In this document: in pieces, positions 12,801 to 25,398 of the stretch
Numbering within the stretch: the stretch's first letter is position 1
Layout: each line of letters starts with the position of its first letter
Assembly: GCA_964057225.1 (NCBI GenBank)
Contig: OZ059898.1
Span: 7,812,001-7,876,000, forward strand
Length of the DNA stretch: 64,000 nucleotides
Reading direction: 5' to 3'
Source of the DNA: Auanema rhodensis
Lineage: Eukaryota; Animalia; Nematoda
Translations under genes and position numbers: made by a program
Notes under the pieces: generated by a model
The model's input: the letters and a program-made list of their open reading frames with translations, nothing else
Told to the model about the DNA's origin: nothing
The model's database searches: none

Positions 12801-15398
12801 AAATTGTTATGGACATGACCATCACAAATAAAGTAGTTTTTAAGTTTCACAGAAAAGAAAATCTTCCGTTATAGGCTATGCAACCACTCTCCACCTTTGC
12901 TGTTCAATTTAATAAGAATTCCTTTGGTCTGATGCCATCTGAACAAGTTAATGTGACTGCTCCAGTTCTACCTGGACAAACTCTTAATGTATTTTAAATT
13001 TTGATACATACACCAATATATTGATAACTTTATTAGGTATCACTCAACTGCGATACAAATGGACCAGTTCAAAAGATGGAGCCTCTGACTAATATTCAGG
13101 TATGCTAGCATTATGTTACTATTGTTTTTGCTATATCTATCACTATTTCACATTCAATGGCTCCGAAAATTGCACTCATCATTTTTGGATCGACAGCTTT
13201 AGTAATCCTAAATTGAACGTTTTAAATATTCACCACAATCAAAACTTACTTGGTGTATACTCCGCTTTTTCGTTTTGGTTTAATAGCTTCTATATGAAAT
13301 CTATTATGTACCGCTTTATGCAACTCTTCCAAGTTGATAGATCCATTCTCTACATTTTTTCGCTTTTCTGAATCAACGGAATATACGGAATATGTTTTGA
13401 CAATCTGATAGCTTACTGTCATCTAACCCGGATCCTAAATGTTTAAGAATTTCTTCACGCCCTTCTCTTGACTGAAGTAATTCTTTAACAACTTCATCAA
13501 ACCTATCTCTTTTATTCAGGAAAATTAATAAGTTGCATTCTTTCACAATGGGCATATCTAATATAATCTAAATCTAATAGTCAGAAAATCCCTGTAAATG
13601 GAAACTAACGCTTAAAGTCTTAATACTTCGATCCATAACAGTGTATTCTGTATTAGTTTCATCTAATAAGTTGAAATCAGCCATTGAAGCTACATACAAG
13701 ACGAAGTTGTTGGAATGAGTACTCATAAACCATTGACTAATAAATTGAGGCAATTTCACCTAATTCGTATTGTTATTTTTATTAATCTATTCTACTTACT
13801 AATTCTGTCACTTGGCCTCCCATATCATGAATTTGAATTTGCATACTTTTAATACCAAATCTAAAATCTTGAATGCCGGTGGTAGGATATCGAGAATGGA
13901 CAATATCGGTGCTTGTTAACTGGGATTCCTTTGAGAATATTCGTTTGATGTCGAATTCATTCAAAAAATGACGTGTACCATCTTCCAGTCTATATTGTGG
14001 TTTCATTTGATGGGACTTCTTCAATGTTTTGAGAATCTGAAAACTAATTGTGAAAATGATCCTTCTAAAAATTATATTACATTTTCATCTGCGATAAGTG
14101 CCACAAGATCATCAGCTAATGTATCGTTATATAATGTATCTACAAATCCACCATCTATAACTTTTAAATCATAATCAGATTTGATATTCTCAATTCTGCT
14201 AGATATTTCCGGATAGTTGTTTGGGTGCCCCCATTCCTTAGCTTGCTAGAAATCTTTTTTTCATATATAAAATTATTTTAGCTTTACCTTGCATAAATTA
14301 TTGACAGCTTCAAGAATATTCTGTTGAATTCGCTTTTTAAATAAATCATACTCCATCGGTGAAAAAATATCTTGATTTTCTATTAATTCCCAATTAGAAT
14401 TATAAGCCTAAAATTTGATTAGATATAGCTTGACTTCAAGTGTTTTCAACTATATACCTTATAATCTCGAGGATTTTCCTTGCATAAGCATTTCAATTGT
14501 CGCACAACAGTTGTTTTCCCCGCACCACCAGTACCGATCATGAAAAATCTAACAACTTTGCTTATCTCCTAAATAGAAATACATAAAAACACAAAGAAAT
14601 AAGTTTTACCTCTTCAATCTGTTCGTCCTCACTTTCACCTCCTACGAGTTCTTTTAACCATTTGCAACAGTTTTCTCCCATGTTCAAGTCAGGACTGATA
14701 ACCAATTAGTGTTTTCGGGCTATGATAACCATCTCTTTTTCTTTGCCCAAAAGATTATGGTTTCACCGTGCATCTGTGGAAATAGATAAAAAGGGCCCAA
14801 AATCTTGATCAGTTTTCACGTTAAATGGGCATCGTGTATATTTTTATTGCATTTAGGTCGCAATCAAGAATAATGTTGATATCTTCTACTTTGCTTGTGT
14901 AGTACCTCTTTTGGTTTATTTCCATGAAAATGGACAGGTGAGTATAGTGAGCCAAATGATTGCTTCTAAATATTGCTAATATAGATTGAAAAAAGAGAGT
15001 TCCTGGATATGTGGAAAGAGATTCCGGAGCAAAATGAGCAACAGTTTTCATTACAAAATCCTTTGTCATTGAGTGCCGGTATGTTTACGGAAACTGACTT
15101 TGAAATTTAACTCGTTATTTATCAGATGACATTTGCTCGAAATTGCAACAAAACAATATTTTAACAGTGGCAAGAAGAAGCGTTGACGGACAAGAATTGC
15201 TCTATCACTCTGTTAAGTATACTAACAACATCTATGTACTGTCTGAACTGAAAATACACCCTGGAAATACACTAACGGTATTATAAATTATAGCTATTAC
15301 ATTTTTATATTGGTTATTTTCAGCTTTCCTTGAAATCGCGTCACGTCACTGCTATTGCAAATATGAATGAGATGTTCCAAACAATTTTGTCTAATTGA
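9858..15398 (+). CDS. apb-1: AP-1/AP-2 adaptor complex beta subunit (beta-adaptin; multi-exon)
   Basis: [73 protein letters not shown]; appendage exons resume after a 1,757-bp intron (13100-14856); stop TGA 15396-15398. Confidence 0.95.
13111..14681 (-). CDS. Divergent heterotrimeric G-protein alpha subunit nested antisense in an apb-1 intron (gpa-17-like by recalled synteny)
   Basis: MGENCC lipidation N-terminus; G1 GTGGAGKT, G2 SRYPTTGI, G3 HDMGGQ, G4 FLNKRD, G5-like TKAVD; GT-AG introns on the minus strand; stop TAA at 13111-13113. Confidence 0.85.
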
Positions 15399-16215
15399 AA
15401 TTCTCTTATCTTTGTCTATAATCAACTATATATTTAATATTATGTACCCATAATGTAGAATGTGTTTTTTTCGTAGATTGTGTTACACTTGGCATTGCTT
15501 TTGTGATCATTTTCAGATGTATATTCATAGCGTAATATTCGAAATAATTCATACAAGCCGCTTAACCTACTATGTGGTTGTGTTTTTAATTTATTAACTT
15601 ATTAAATTATTTAGCTTGTTTTATTAATTTTATATATTTATGCATAACAACAGATGATAAAGGTACAAAGGTGTCGCTCATAGTAAGGGCTTTTAGAATA
15701 AATAGTAAAGTCCTAGTGCTAACCTTTAACGCCAAAAAAGATAACAATTATCTGGAGGGAAGCTGATTGATGAAGGGACACTTTTCGAAAACATTCATAA
15801 TGGACGACGTGTTATTCACTATTGAATATGCTTTATTCTGTCATTGTTGAAAAAGTAGATTTGAAATTTTTGTCTTGTTCTCTTCCAAATGTATATAAAT
15901 TACTTACTCATCAAAGAATAATATCTGATCATAAACTTAAGTGATAACAATTTCAGTGTAGCAAGATTAAATATTATCATCTATTCGAAACAGCAGTTCG
16001 TAGTTTGAAGTCGTAAATGTTAATTGAACTTGATATACATGTTGACATTTCTTTTTATAAATGCTAAAATGAGTTAATAAATTTTATGTTTTATTGTATT
16101 ATACAATATTTATGACAATTATCAATTTGGTACCCAATTTATACAATATTAATTTAAAACTTTTTTGAATAAAACAGGCAAAATAATACTTGCTAGGCTT
16201 TTTTTTTTGAAAAGA

Positions 16216-16976
16216 CTACGCAATGTTATTGACAATCCAGTCTAAGGCGGTATCAATACCTTCTCCCTTCAAAGCTGAGCATCCGTGAATCTGCCATTTT
16301 CTATCTTTTATGGAAAGAAGGCCTAGTTGAGATGATATATCAGCAGCACTCAGAGCTGTAGGTAAATCTTGCTTGTTCGCTAACACTAGCAAAGGAGCTT
16401 TCACCAAGTCCTGTTATAAAAGACTAATATTAAGTTATTGTAGATATATTCCAAACTTCATGTTGCAGCATTTGGTTCAATTGATCTTGCACAATTGATA
16501 ACCGTTCTGAGTCAGATGAATCCACAACAACCACAACACAATTCGTTTGATTATAATAGGAAGACCAAGACTTTCTAAGACTTTCTTGCCCTCCTAAAAA
16601 TTAATCGATAATTTGAAGCAAAAATTCAATATTCGAGGGGGCATAACATTCAGTTTTCATACCTATATCCCAAATTATAAGCCTCAGATTATGATATGTG
16701 AGCTCTTCTACATTACTTCCGATAGTTGGTTTAGTATCAACAACTTCACCTGTTGTTCTTAACATATATATATATATATATAAATTAGTGCACTATAATT
16801 CAAAATGTGAACCTACAAGTGATAGAGAATTGTTGTTTTACCAGCATTGTCAAGCCCAACAAAAATTATTTTATACTCTTAAATTATAGAAAAAAATTAA
16901 AGATTAAAGATTGATACAAGAAATTACCTTTTCCATACCACCAGCTTCTAAACAATTTAGCTAATAGTAACCCCAT
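16216..16976 (-). CDS. arl-5: ADP-ribosylation factor-like 5 GTPase
   Basis: MGLLLAKLFRSWWYGK, GLDNAGKTT, PTIGSNVEE, WDIGGQESLRKSWSSYY, ANKQD, GCSALKGEG. Confidence 0.9.
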
Positions 16977-17234
16977 TGAGAATTTATATTATAAAATAAT
17001 TAGAAGAAACTACCGTGGAATTAACATCTAAAATTATAACAAAGACGTGGCAAGAAAAGCGCTTACTTGTTCACGGGGTTTGCGCAACGTACTTAGGCCA
17101 ATATTATCGCGTGCAATTTTTGAATTCCAGATTTTTAATTTTTTTTAAATTTCTTTTTCTTTTTTTCTTTAATTTTTTTTTGAAATTCTATATTCTTGTT
17201 ACAGAGAAAACAGGATAGTTGAACAGATGCGGGG

Positions 17235-20200
17235 ATGTTAAGAAGGTTTGGTGCTTCTTCAAGCTCTTTATGGAAACCAAAAAATCCACACTCATTGGAG
17301 TACTTAAAGTATTTTGAATGCTCTTTATTTTGAATTGTATATTTCTCTCTAGGTACTTACATGGTGTTCTTGTTAAAAATGAGAAAGTTACGGACTCCAA
17401 TAGAAAAATTCTTGTCGAAGCTCTGAGAGCTATTGCTGAAATTTTAATTTGGGGAGATCAAAATGACGGATCTGTTTTTGAGTAATTTATTGTTCCTTTT
17501 TATTATATTTATATTTATTCTTTTTAGTTTCTTCCTCGAAAGACAAATGCTTTCACATTTTCTTCAAATTATGAAACAAGAAAGTGGTTCTCTTAATGTG
17601 CAGCTGCTGCAAACTCTTAATATTTTGTTTGAAAATATTCGCCATGAAACTTCCCTGTGTAAGCTTTTTCTTTTTTTAACTTTTTTGTGAATCTTCCCAC
17701 TTTTAGATTTCTTGCTTAGTAACAATCACGTCAACTTTATAATAACGCATAATTTTGATTTGACCAATGAAGAAATTATGGCTTATTATATTTCTTTCCT
17801 AAAGACACTGTCTTTCAAACTTAATCCTTGTACAATACATTTCTTTTTTACTGAAGTTAGTTTAATTAATTTTTATACATTTTGATTCTTCATTTTCAGT
17901 CAACGGGAGAATTTCCTCTGCTGACGGAGACATTGAAGCTTTTTGATTCAAATGAAGGAATGGTCCGTATAGCTGTTCGTAATATTTTTCTTAATATTGC
18001 TAGGGTTAACGACACAGCCATGCTCAGTTTTTTACATTCCATAACTAAGGTAGGTTATCCATGTTTAATCTTTTTATTCATTATTTTTTTCCCTTGCTAT
18101 TAGTAGCTATTTCATTTCAGAGCTATTTATGCCAACTAGTAGATAATATCGTCAATGATACCATTGATCTTGATATATTTGTGCGTTCAGCTGAGAATGT
18201 TGCCGCTAACAGGGATAGACTCAGAGATAAGGCACTCTTATTATACCAAAAAATTTGTTTAACGGATTTTTCTAGGTTGATGATTTAGTAGATTTATTAC
18301 ATTATATTGCGGAGTTGTTGGAAGTCGATGCTATAGCTGGAACGTTATCGGAATATTTTTCATCCAGGTTTTTATTCGATTAATAGTGAATAGTTTGAAA
18401 TTCTTACATTTCAGATTTCTATTTCCTTTATTGCTAAACAGTTTAGCCGCTAGGAGAGATAATTCTTCTGTGTTACTAACATCTGTGTCTAGTCTCTTTT
18501 TATTTTCTCAGGTTTTACTGGTACACGTTCATTTTATTTTCTTGGAAGAATTATTTTTTTAAAGATTATTTCACATAAGGAGACTATTCATCGTTTTTTA
18601 AAAGCATTCCTTTTTGACGATTGTTCAGTTGTGAATAATCATTGGGTCCGCCTAGAAAGCACACATTCCCTCTTAAGCTTAGACTCCATTAATCCCCCCT
18701 CAGGTGTTAGGTTAGTTTTTATTTGTTTTATTCCGATTACCCTTTTTAATATTAAGAGTATTTTTTGATACATTACTAAATTCTTTTGATATGTCCAAAA
18801 ATGATGATTACTTGGTATTTTATGCTCTCATGGTTATATACTCTATGTTTCAAAACAAAGGTATTTTTAAAACTTTTCATATTTGTATTTTAAACGATAT
18901 TTTCATGCAAATGTTTTAGAATGTAAGTTAAATTCGTTGTTATTGTGATTTTTTTAGTTTTCTTTGTTGTGTTGATTAGTTTAAACTTTTTGTTTATTAA
19001 TCATCATTTAGGTGATGCTGGGGAACTTTTGACCTCGGCACATATACCATCTCTGATTATTAAAAGAAGAAATACGGAAGGTGTTGAGTATGGAGAAGAG
19101 GTATGTTTTTAGATATTTGTGGTATTATTATAATTTACGATTTCTTAGGCCATTCCCTGCGATACAGATCATAATAATACAATAAAGTGTGATGAACGCA
19201 TACTGTGTTCTCTCCTAACTGTTGTGGAAGCTGCTGGAAATGAGGAAATTCGTTTGAGATCCGTAGTTCTTGAGCTGGCTTGTCTTGTTTTAAGACAATT
19301 AATTCTTGTTACAGATACTGATCAGGTAATTGTGTATCATTAATAGTCTAATTATTAATTTTAATTAGATTCAAACTCGGCTATGCACTATGGCAAAAGA
19401 AACCAGAACGAAACTGGTAGAGCAGCTGTCCGTTTTTGTAAACACAGAGAATTTGTTTTTAGAATGGTTTGAAGATGAATATGCTGAGTTTGAAGTACGA
19501 AAAAGCGCGAATATATTTCATTATTTATAAAAATTTACAGAGAAGTCGCTTGAATTTGGAAATAGTTTCTGCTGAGTTATTACTTCCTCCTTGCTCAACA
19601 GCTTTATCAGGATTACCACTTCCGAAGCGACTTCCTTCTGGATTCGAAGAGAGAATCAGAGCAGTACTTGAGTTGTTTTTTTTTCTTTTGTTATTTTTTC
19701 TTATTTAGCTTGTGCAACTGTATTTACATGTAAGAAAATTAGAGAAAGATTTGCATGGCGAATCAGACTCTGAGCTACCTATTTCCCTTTGTAAGGATGA
19801 AGCAGTTGCCATCGGAGATTGTATCAATCTAAGTTTGTTTGTTTATTTTTTGTTTAGTTATTTTATATTGTTCAGACAACTCTGATCTGTTATCCTGTAC
19901 CTTAGTAGTTGCTAAAGGGGATAAATTACAGCGGTTTTTGGTTACTGACCGGTTACAGTTTATATTAGTTGAGCCAGACACTAAAAAAGCGGGGTGGGCT
20001 GTTGTCCGCTTTGTTGGTCTACTTCAGGTTTAGAATACTCAGTTGACTTTGATGAATCAATTCCTTTTAGGATACACAGATTAACGGTGATCCTTCTGAT
20101 TCTCGTGCTCTTCATGTCGCTATCGAAGGACAGCCGTCCAGGAATAGAGTATGATTTTATAGAACTGATCTTTTAATTTGTTTTTTATTAGAAGAGACAA

Positions 20201-20609
20201 TGTCTTCTTAACGGAAAGCTTTTGTTTGATGATCATATCCGATGCATGGCAGCCAAGCAACGATTGACAAGGGTATGGATCTAGCATCTAACTTTTCTTC
20301 TTACTTTGTTTTATGTTTTTAGGGGCGTCAGACTGCGCGAGGTCTAAAATTGCATGCTATTTGTGATCTGTTAGGTATTTCTCGACCAGATCATTCATCA
20401 CCTCGAACTAATCCTTTTCGAATTATAAAAGGATGCCCTCCTGGTAGTGTTCGAAAGCAGGTAGGACAATTTGAAACTTAAAATGCTAAACTTTTTTTAC
20501 CTTCTAGCACTTATCATCTTTTCCGGCCCTCCATTCGAATTCTCATGGTTCTTTGAATTCAATTCCTGATGATCCTCAACCAGGCAATAATGGAGTTCAC
20601 TTGGTGTAA
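17235..20609 (+). CDS. gop-1: CLEC16A/FPL-domain protein GOP-1 (multi-exon)
   Basis: WKPKNPHSLEYLK, LRAIAEILIWGDQND, LLQTLNILFENIRHETSL, FDDHIRCMAAKQRL; stop TAA 20607-20609. Confidence 0.9.
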
Positions 20610-20891
20610 CATAATGTCTAGTCTACTGTTACGGGGATAGTGTTTTATGTTAAAAGTTGTATTTGTTTTTGAAATTTGATTCGTATGGAACGGTTACACT
20701 ACATTAAGCGGATATTTTTTTTGTATATGTGAATATTATTAGATATTTTTTTTCGATTTTAGGAAATATATACTCATTTTATCCTGTGATATCGTTAATA
20801 TTTCCTAGTTTATTTCTTAATATCGTTGATCTCGATATCAATTACTTATCAAGAGTTCTACTTTTTTTCTGAAAATAGTGAGCCTGTGTAG

Positions 20892-22268
20892 ATGTCTGTT
20901 GATGAGTGTTCAACTTCGGAAGTAAACAACTCGACTAGTGATAAGTATAATGGACCAGACTCGAATATTCCTCCTACAGTTCTTGTACTAGGAATGGCTG
21001 GATCCGGAAAAACTTCTTTCGTGCAAGTATAGAATACTTTATTTTACCATGTGATAATCGAATCGTTTAAAGAGATTAACAGCGTATCTTCATTCCAAGA
21101 AAACTCCTCCTTATGTAATTAACCTTGATCCTGCTGTCCACAAGGTAAAAAAAGAAGTTATGGAGTTTGCTCCATCTTTCTAATTAAATAATTAGACTTC
21201 ATTGTATTTACTTATTCCGTTTCCAGATTCCTTATCCTGCCAATGTCGATATACGTGATACCGTTAAATACAAGCAAGTTATGAAGGAATATGGCTTGGG
21301 GCCAAATGGGGCTATAATTACTTGTCTTAATTTGATGTGTACTCGTTTTGATCAGGTACACCGATCTGCTGAGAACTAATACTATTCAATATTAGGTATT
21401 ATCTTTGATCAAATCCCGTTCTACTCAATATTCAACTTGCCTTGTTGACACCCCTGGACAAATTGAAGCTTTCACTTGGAGTGCTAGTGGTTCTATTATC
21501 ACAGATTCCTTGGCTAGTAGCCACTCGACAGTATACATTTTTTCGCAGCTATAGTTTTAACATGTTAATTTTCAGTGTATTGCGTATGTAGTTGATTCAG
21601 CAAGAGCTACGAACCCCACTACTTTCATGTCTAATATGCTGTATGCGTGTTCAATACTGTACAGAACAAAATTGCCTTTTTTCATCGTATTTAATAAGGT
21701 ATTAATAAATTAGCATATCGATATTTTAAAAATTTTCAGGCTGACATTGTGAAACCTACATTTGCTCAAAAATGGATGAATGATTTTGAAAAATTTGATG
21801 AAGCTTTAGAAGAAGCCCGTAGTTCATACAGTAATGATCTCAGCCGATCTCTTTCATTGGTTTTGGATGAATTCTACAACGGCTTATCAACAGGTGTTTG
21901 TTTTTTTTTGTTTAATCATATAAGAAAAATATTCAGTTTGTGTCTCATCAACTACTGGTGAAGGAATGGATAAAGTTATGGAAGCTATTGCAACTTGTCA
22001 TAAACAGTACACTGATGATTACTTACCAATGTATAAGAAATTAATCGAAGAAAGAAAAGCTATGGATGAAGAAAAGGAAAAAAATAAGATGCAAGAGGTA
22101 TGCATTATCTTAATATCACATCACATAAATTTCTTGTGACTTTAGGCGCTCCACGACCGTGAGGTGTTAGCCCTCTCCACCGAAGAACAACAATTAAGAT
22201 TACAAAAAATCCACCTTGGTGGTGTTGAGGAAGAAAATGCAGAAGATGCTGATATTATGCGATCATGA
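20892..22268 (+). CDS. gop-2: GPN-loop GTPase 1 (GPN1/XAB1)
   Basis: [56 protein letters not shown]; stop TGA 22266-22268. Confidence 0.92.
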
Positions 22269-22426
22269 TGTTCCAAAATTTTATTGTTATTGTTACGTTG
22301 TTTTGCAAAATTATTTTTATGTTTTTTTTTTGGTTTTTTTTTCTCGAGGTTTTCCCACCTCTAGTTACTTAGTTGAATTTTCTAATAATGTTTTAAAATT
22401 TCTTCAGGTTAGCCTAAATCTAGCTT

Positions 22427-24181
22427 ATGGGGGAGAAGACTTTTCATAAGGCTTCTGTCCTATTAGGCAGAACCCAGGGCACGCCTTCTATTGTAGAAGC
22501 AGTACAGTTTCATGGCGTACACATCACAAAAAATGATGCTCTAGTGAAAGAGGTAGTTTTATTACAAAGACATTGACTTAATTTTCTTCACAGGTTGCTG
22601 AATTGTACAAAAGTGGAACATTAGATGAGTTAGTTCACAATTCACATTTAGCAGCTAAGCACTTACAAGTATTTAAATCATTCTAGAATTTGAAATATCA
22701 CTAATTGTTTAAGGAAGTTGGTCTTATGGATAACGCTGTTGCACTTATTGACACTGCACCATCTACTACGGGATATGTCGTAAACTTTGTTATCAAGGAG
22801 CCAAAGGTTTCACAGTTTCAAATATATTCAAAATCTTAATAGTTCAATTTAGTGTTTTACTTTGGGAGTTAAAGCTGGCATGAGTACCAATGGTGATGCT
22901 GATGTATCTGTGAATGGTGGAAAACAAAGTATAGGTGGTAGAGGAGAATCAATTTCAAGCAGTTACACTTATTCTGTTAAGGTAAATGAATTAAAATGTA
23001 TTTGTCATTTTCTTAATATGTTAGGGCGATCACAGTTTCAACGCGTCATTTAATAAGCCTATTCTCGGATGGCAAAAGTATAGTAATTACGGAGCCAGTG
23101 CTTACAGGTTTGCAATAATCGTTTGCTCATTTTTATATTAAATTAAAATCTCTAGATCAATGGCTTTTATGCCATGGAATAGTTCTAATGTGGATGAAAA
23201 TGCTTTCATTCTTCATTATAATGGGCAATTATGGAAAAAACGCTTATTACATTCCTTTAAGTTGAATGCTGTAAGTTACTAATATTTTATCTACAAGTGT
23301 TGAAATATCTTATAGGTTTGGAGAACTCTCAGGGCTACTGAAGACGCATCTTTCAGTGTGCGTGAACACGCAGGACATACCATGAAATTTTCAATGGAAA
23401 ACTCTGTTTCGATGGATACTCGTGATCGGCCTATTCTGGCAACCAAAGGAATTCTAGGTTAATTTTTAGCTAAGAGCATTTATTAAGAATTTCTTTATAT
23501 TATAGCTCGCATTGTACAAGAATGTGCTGGACCATTTGGCGATTCGTCTTTCCTTAAACATCAATTTGATTTCCAAGTATCTCAATTTAAATGCTATTGT
23601 GGCGTTGACTATATTTCTTAAGGCTGCTACTGAATTACCATTTAAAACGATTTTGGCAGCATCTTTTCAAGCTAGACATGTTAACGCTCTTGGTAGCAGT
23701 GAAATCCACATCTTGGACCGATTATATCTTGGTGGCCAACAAGATATTCGTGGTTTTGGCTTGAACAGTCTTGGAGTGAGTTTGCATTACATACTTCTGG
23801 TTTCTTAATTTTATTGTTTAGATACGATCTGATAACTGTTGTTTGGGTGGTGGAGCTTCTCTAGCTGGAGTTGTACATCTATACAGACCGTTGTTCCCTC
23901 CACAGATGCTATATGCTCATGCTTTCTTAGCCAGCGGTAGCGTTGCCTCAGTACGATCACGAAACGTGTATCGTGATCTTCAAGATGCTCAAAGAGTGTC
24001 TGCCGGTCTTGGTAAAACTTCATATTTTCAAAACAGATACAAGCCATGTATTTCAGGTTTAACACTAGTTTTCAAAAATATTTTCCGCTTGGAGATTAAC
24101 TACGTCCAACCATTGAAATATGTTCCTGGTGATTCTATTTATCGAGGTTTTCACGTTGGAGCTGGAGTAAACTTCATGTAG
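22427..24181 (+). CDS. gop-3: SAM50 mitochondrial outer-membrane beta-barrel assembly protein
   Basis: Omp85-like motifs [36 protein letters not shown] and C-terminal [10 protein letters not shown]. Confidence 0.9.
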
Positions 24182-24415
24182 ATTCGTTTAGTTTTGTTCC
24201 AAATTGAATATTGTTATTCTGATGTTTATAGTGAAAGTATTAAATTTAGTACACTAGATAGATGAATTAATATGAGATATATTTTTTATGTGTGAATAGG
24301 TAAATCAACTTTATTGAGTGGTTTTCTGTGAAATTGGCGTATAATACCGCATGAAAGTATTTCAATTAACTCTTATTAATTATGCACTTGAATACCATCG
24401 CTTCTTATATTTTAG

Positions 24416-25246
24416 ATGACTCGATTTATCACGTTTTGCTCTGGCAATGCCGGAAAGATTTCGGAAGTTAATGCAATTTTAAGCAGTCATTTTGAGGTAT
24501 TTCTTGTATAGAAAACGTCATTTGCCCTATGAACTATTTCTTTTATTAATTATCTGCTTTTATTGATTGTTTTCTTACCTAATTTGTTATTGTTTAATGT
24601 GTCATGGCCGTGATTCTACGTTGGTGTGATTTTAGATTAAGCATGTTGACATTGATCTCAATGAGTATCAGGGAACTCCAGAATACATAGCTGAAAGAAA
24701 ATGTAAAGATGCTGCTTCTATACTAAAAGGACCAGTACTGGTATTTGCGGCAATGTATTTTTGTGTTTTCACGAATTTTTAATAGGTAGAGGATACTAGC
24801 TTATGTTATAATGCATATAAGGGGATGCCTGGGCCTTATGTTAAGTGGTTTTTGAAGGCGGTAGGTCCGTCAGGTCTTCATAAAATGCTGGGTAAAACAA
24901 CTTGTAATTTTGCTTTTTATTCTTTATGGTTTTTAGACGGTTTTGAAGATAAGACCGCTGAAGCACTTTGTGTTTTTGCTTATACCGAAGGGGAAAATAA
25001 GGATGTAACGATTTTCAAAGGTTTCTTTAGGTCCTATAATTATTTTCTCATTATTGAACTTCAGGAGTTTGTCCAGGTTCCATTGTGGAACCTCGTGGGC
25101 CAACTCATTTTGGGTGGGATCCTATATTCCAGCCCCAAGGCTTCAAAGAAACATATGCCGAAATGGATAAAGAGCTTAAAAACAAAATAAGCCATCGTGG
25201 AAGAGCTCTCCAGTTGTTAAAAGACCATTTTTTGGGACCACAATGA
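24416..25246 (+). CDS. hap-1: Inosine triphosphate pyrophosphatase (HAM1 family)
   Basis: [51 protein letters not shown]; stop TGA 25244-25246. Confidence 0.93.
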
Positions 25247-25398
25247 TTCTTTTGATTTTTTATACTCATGATTAAAGTTTTCATCAAAATATGTTTTCTA
25301 TAATATCTGAGCTCAAGTTTATTTTCCTAATCTATTATATCTGATCATTATCTATTTTCGATAGATTCTAATGTTAATATTGTTTAAAGCTATGGTAC

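Noticed and set aside
15660-15850. Possible hairpin and C-box (TGATGA) between apb-1 and arl-5
   Set aside because: No well-placed D box or convincing terminal stem; evidence too weak.
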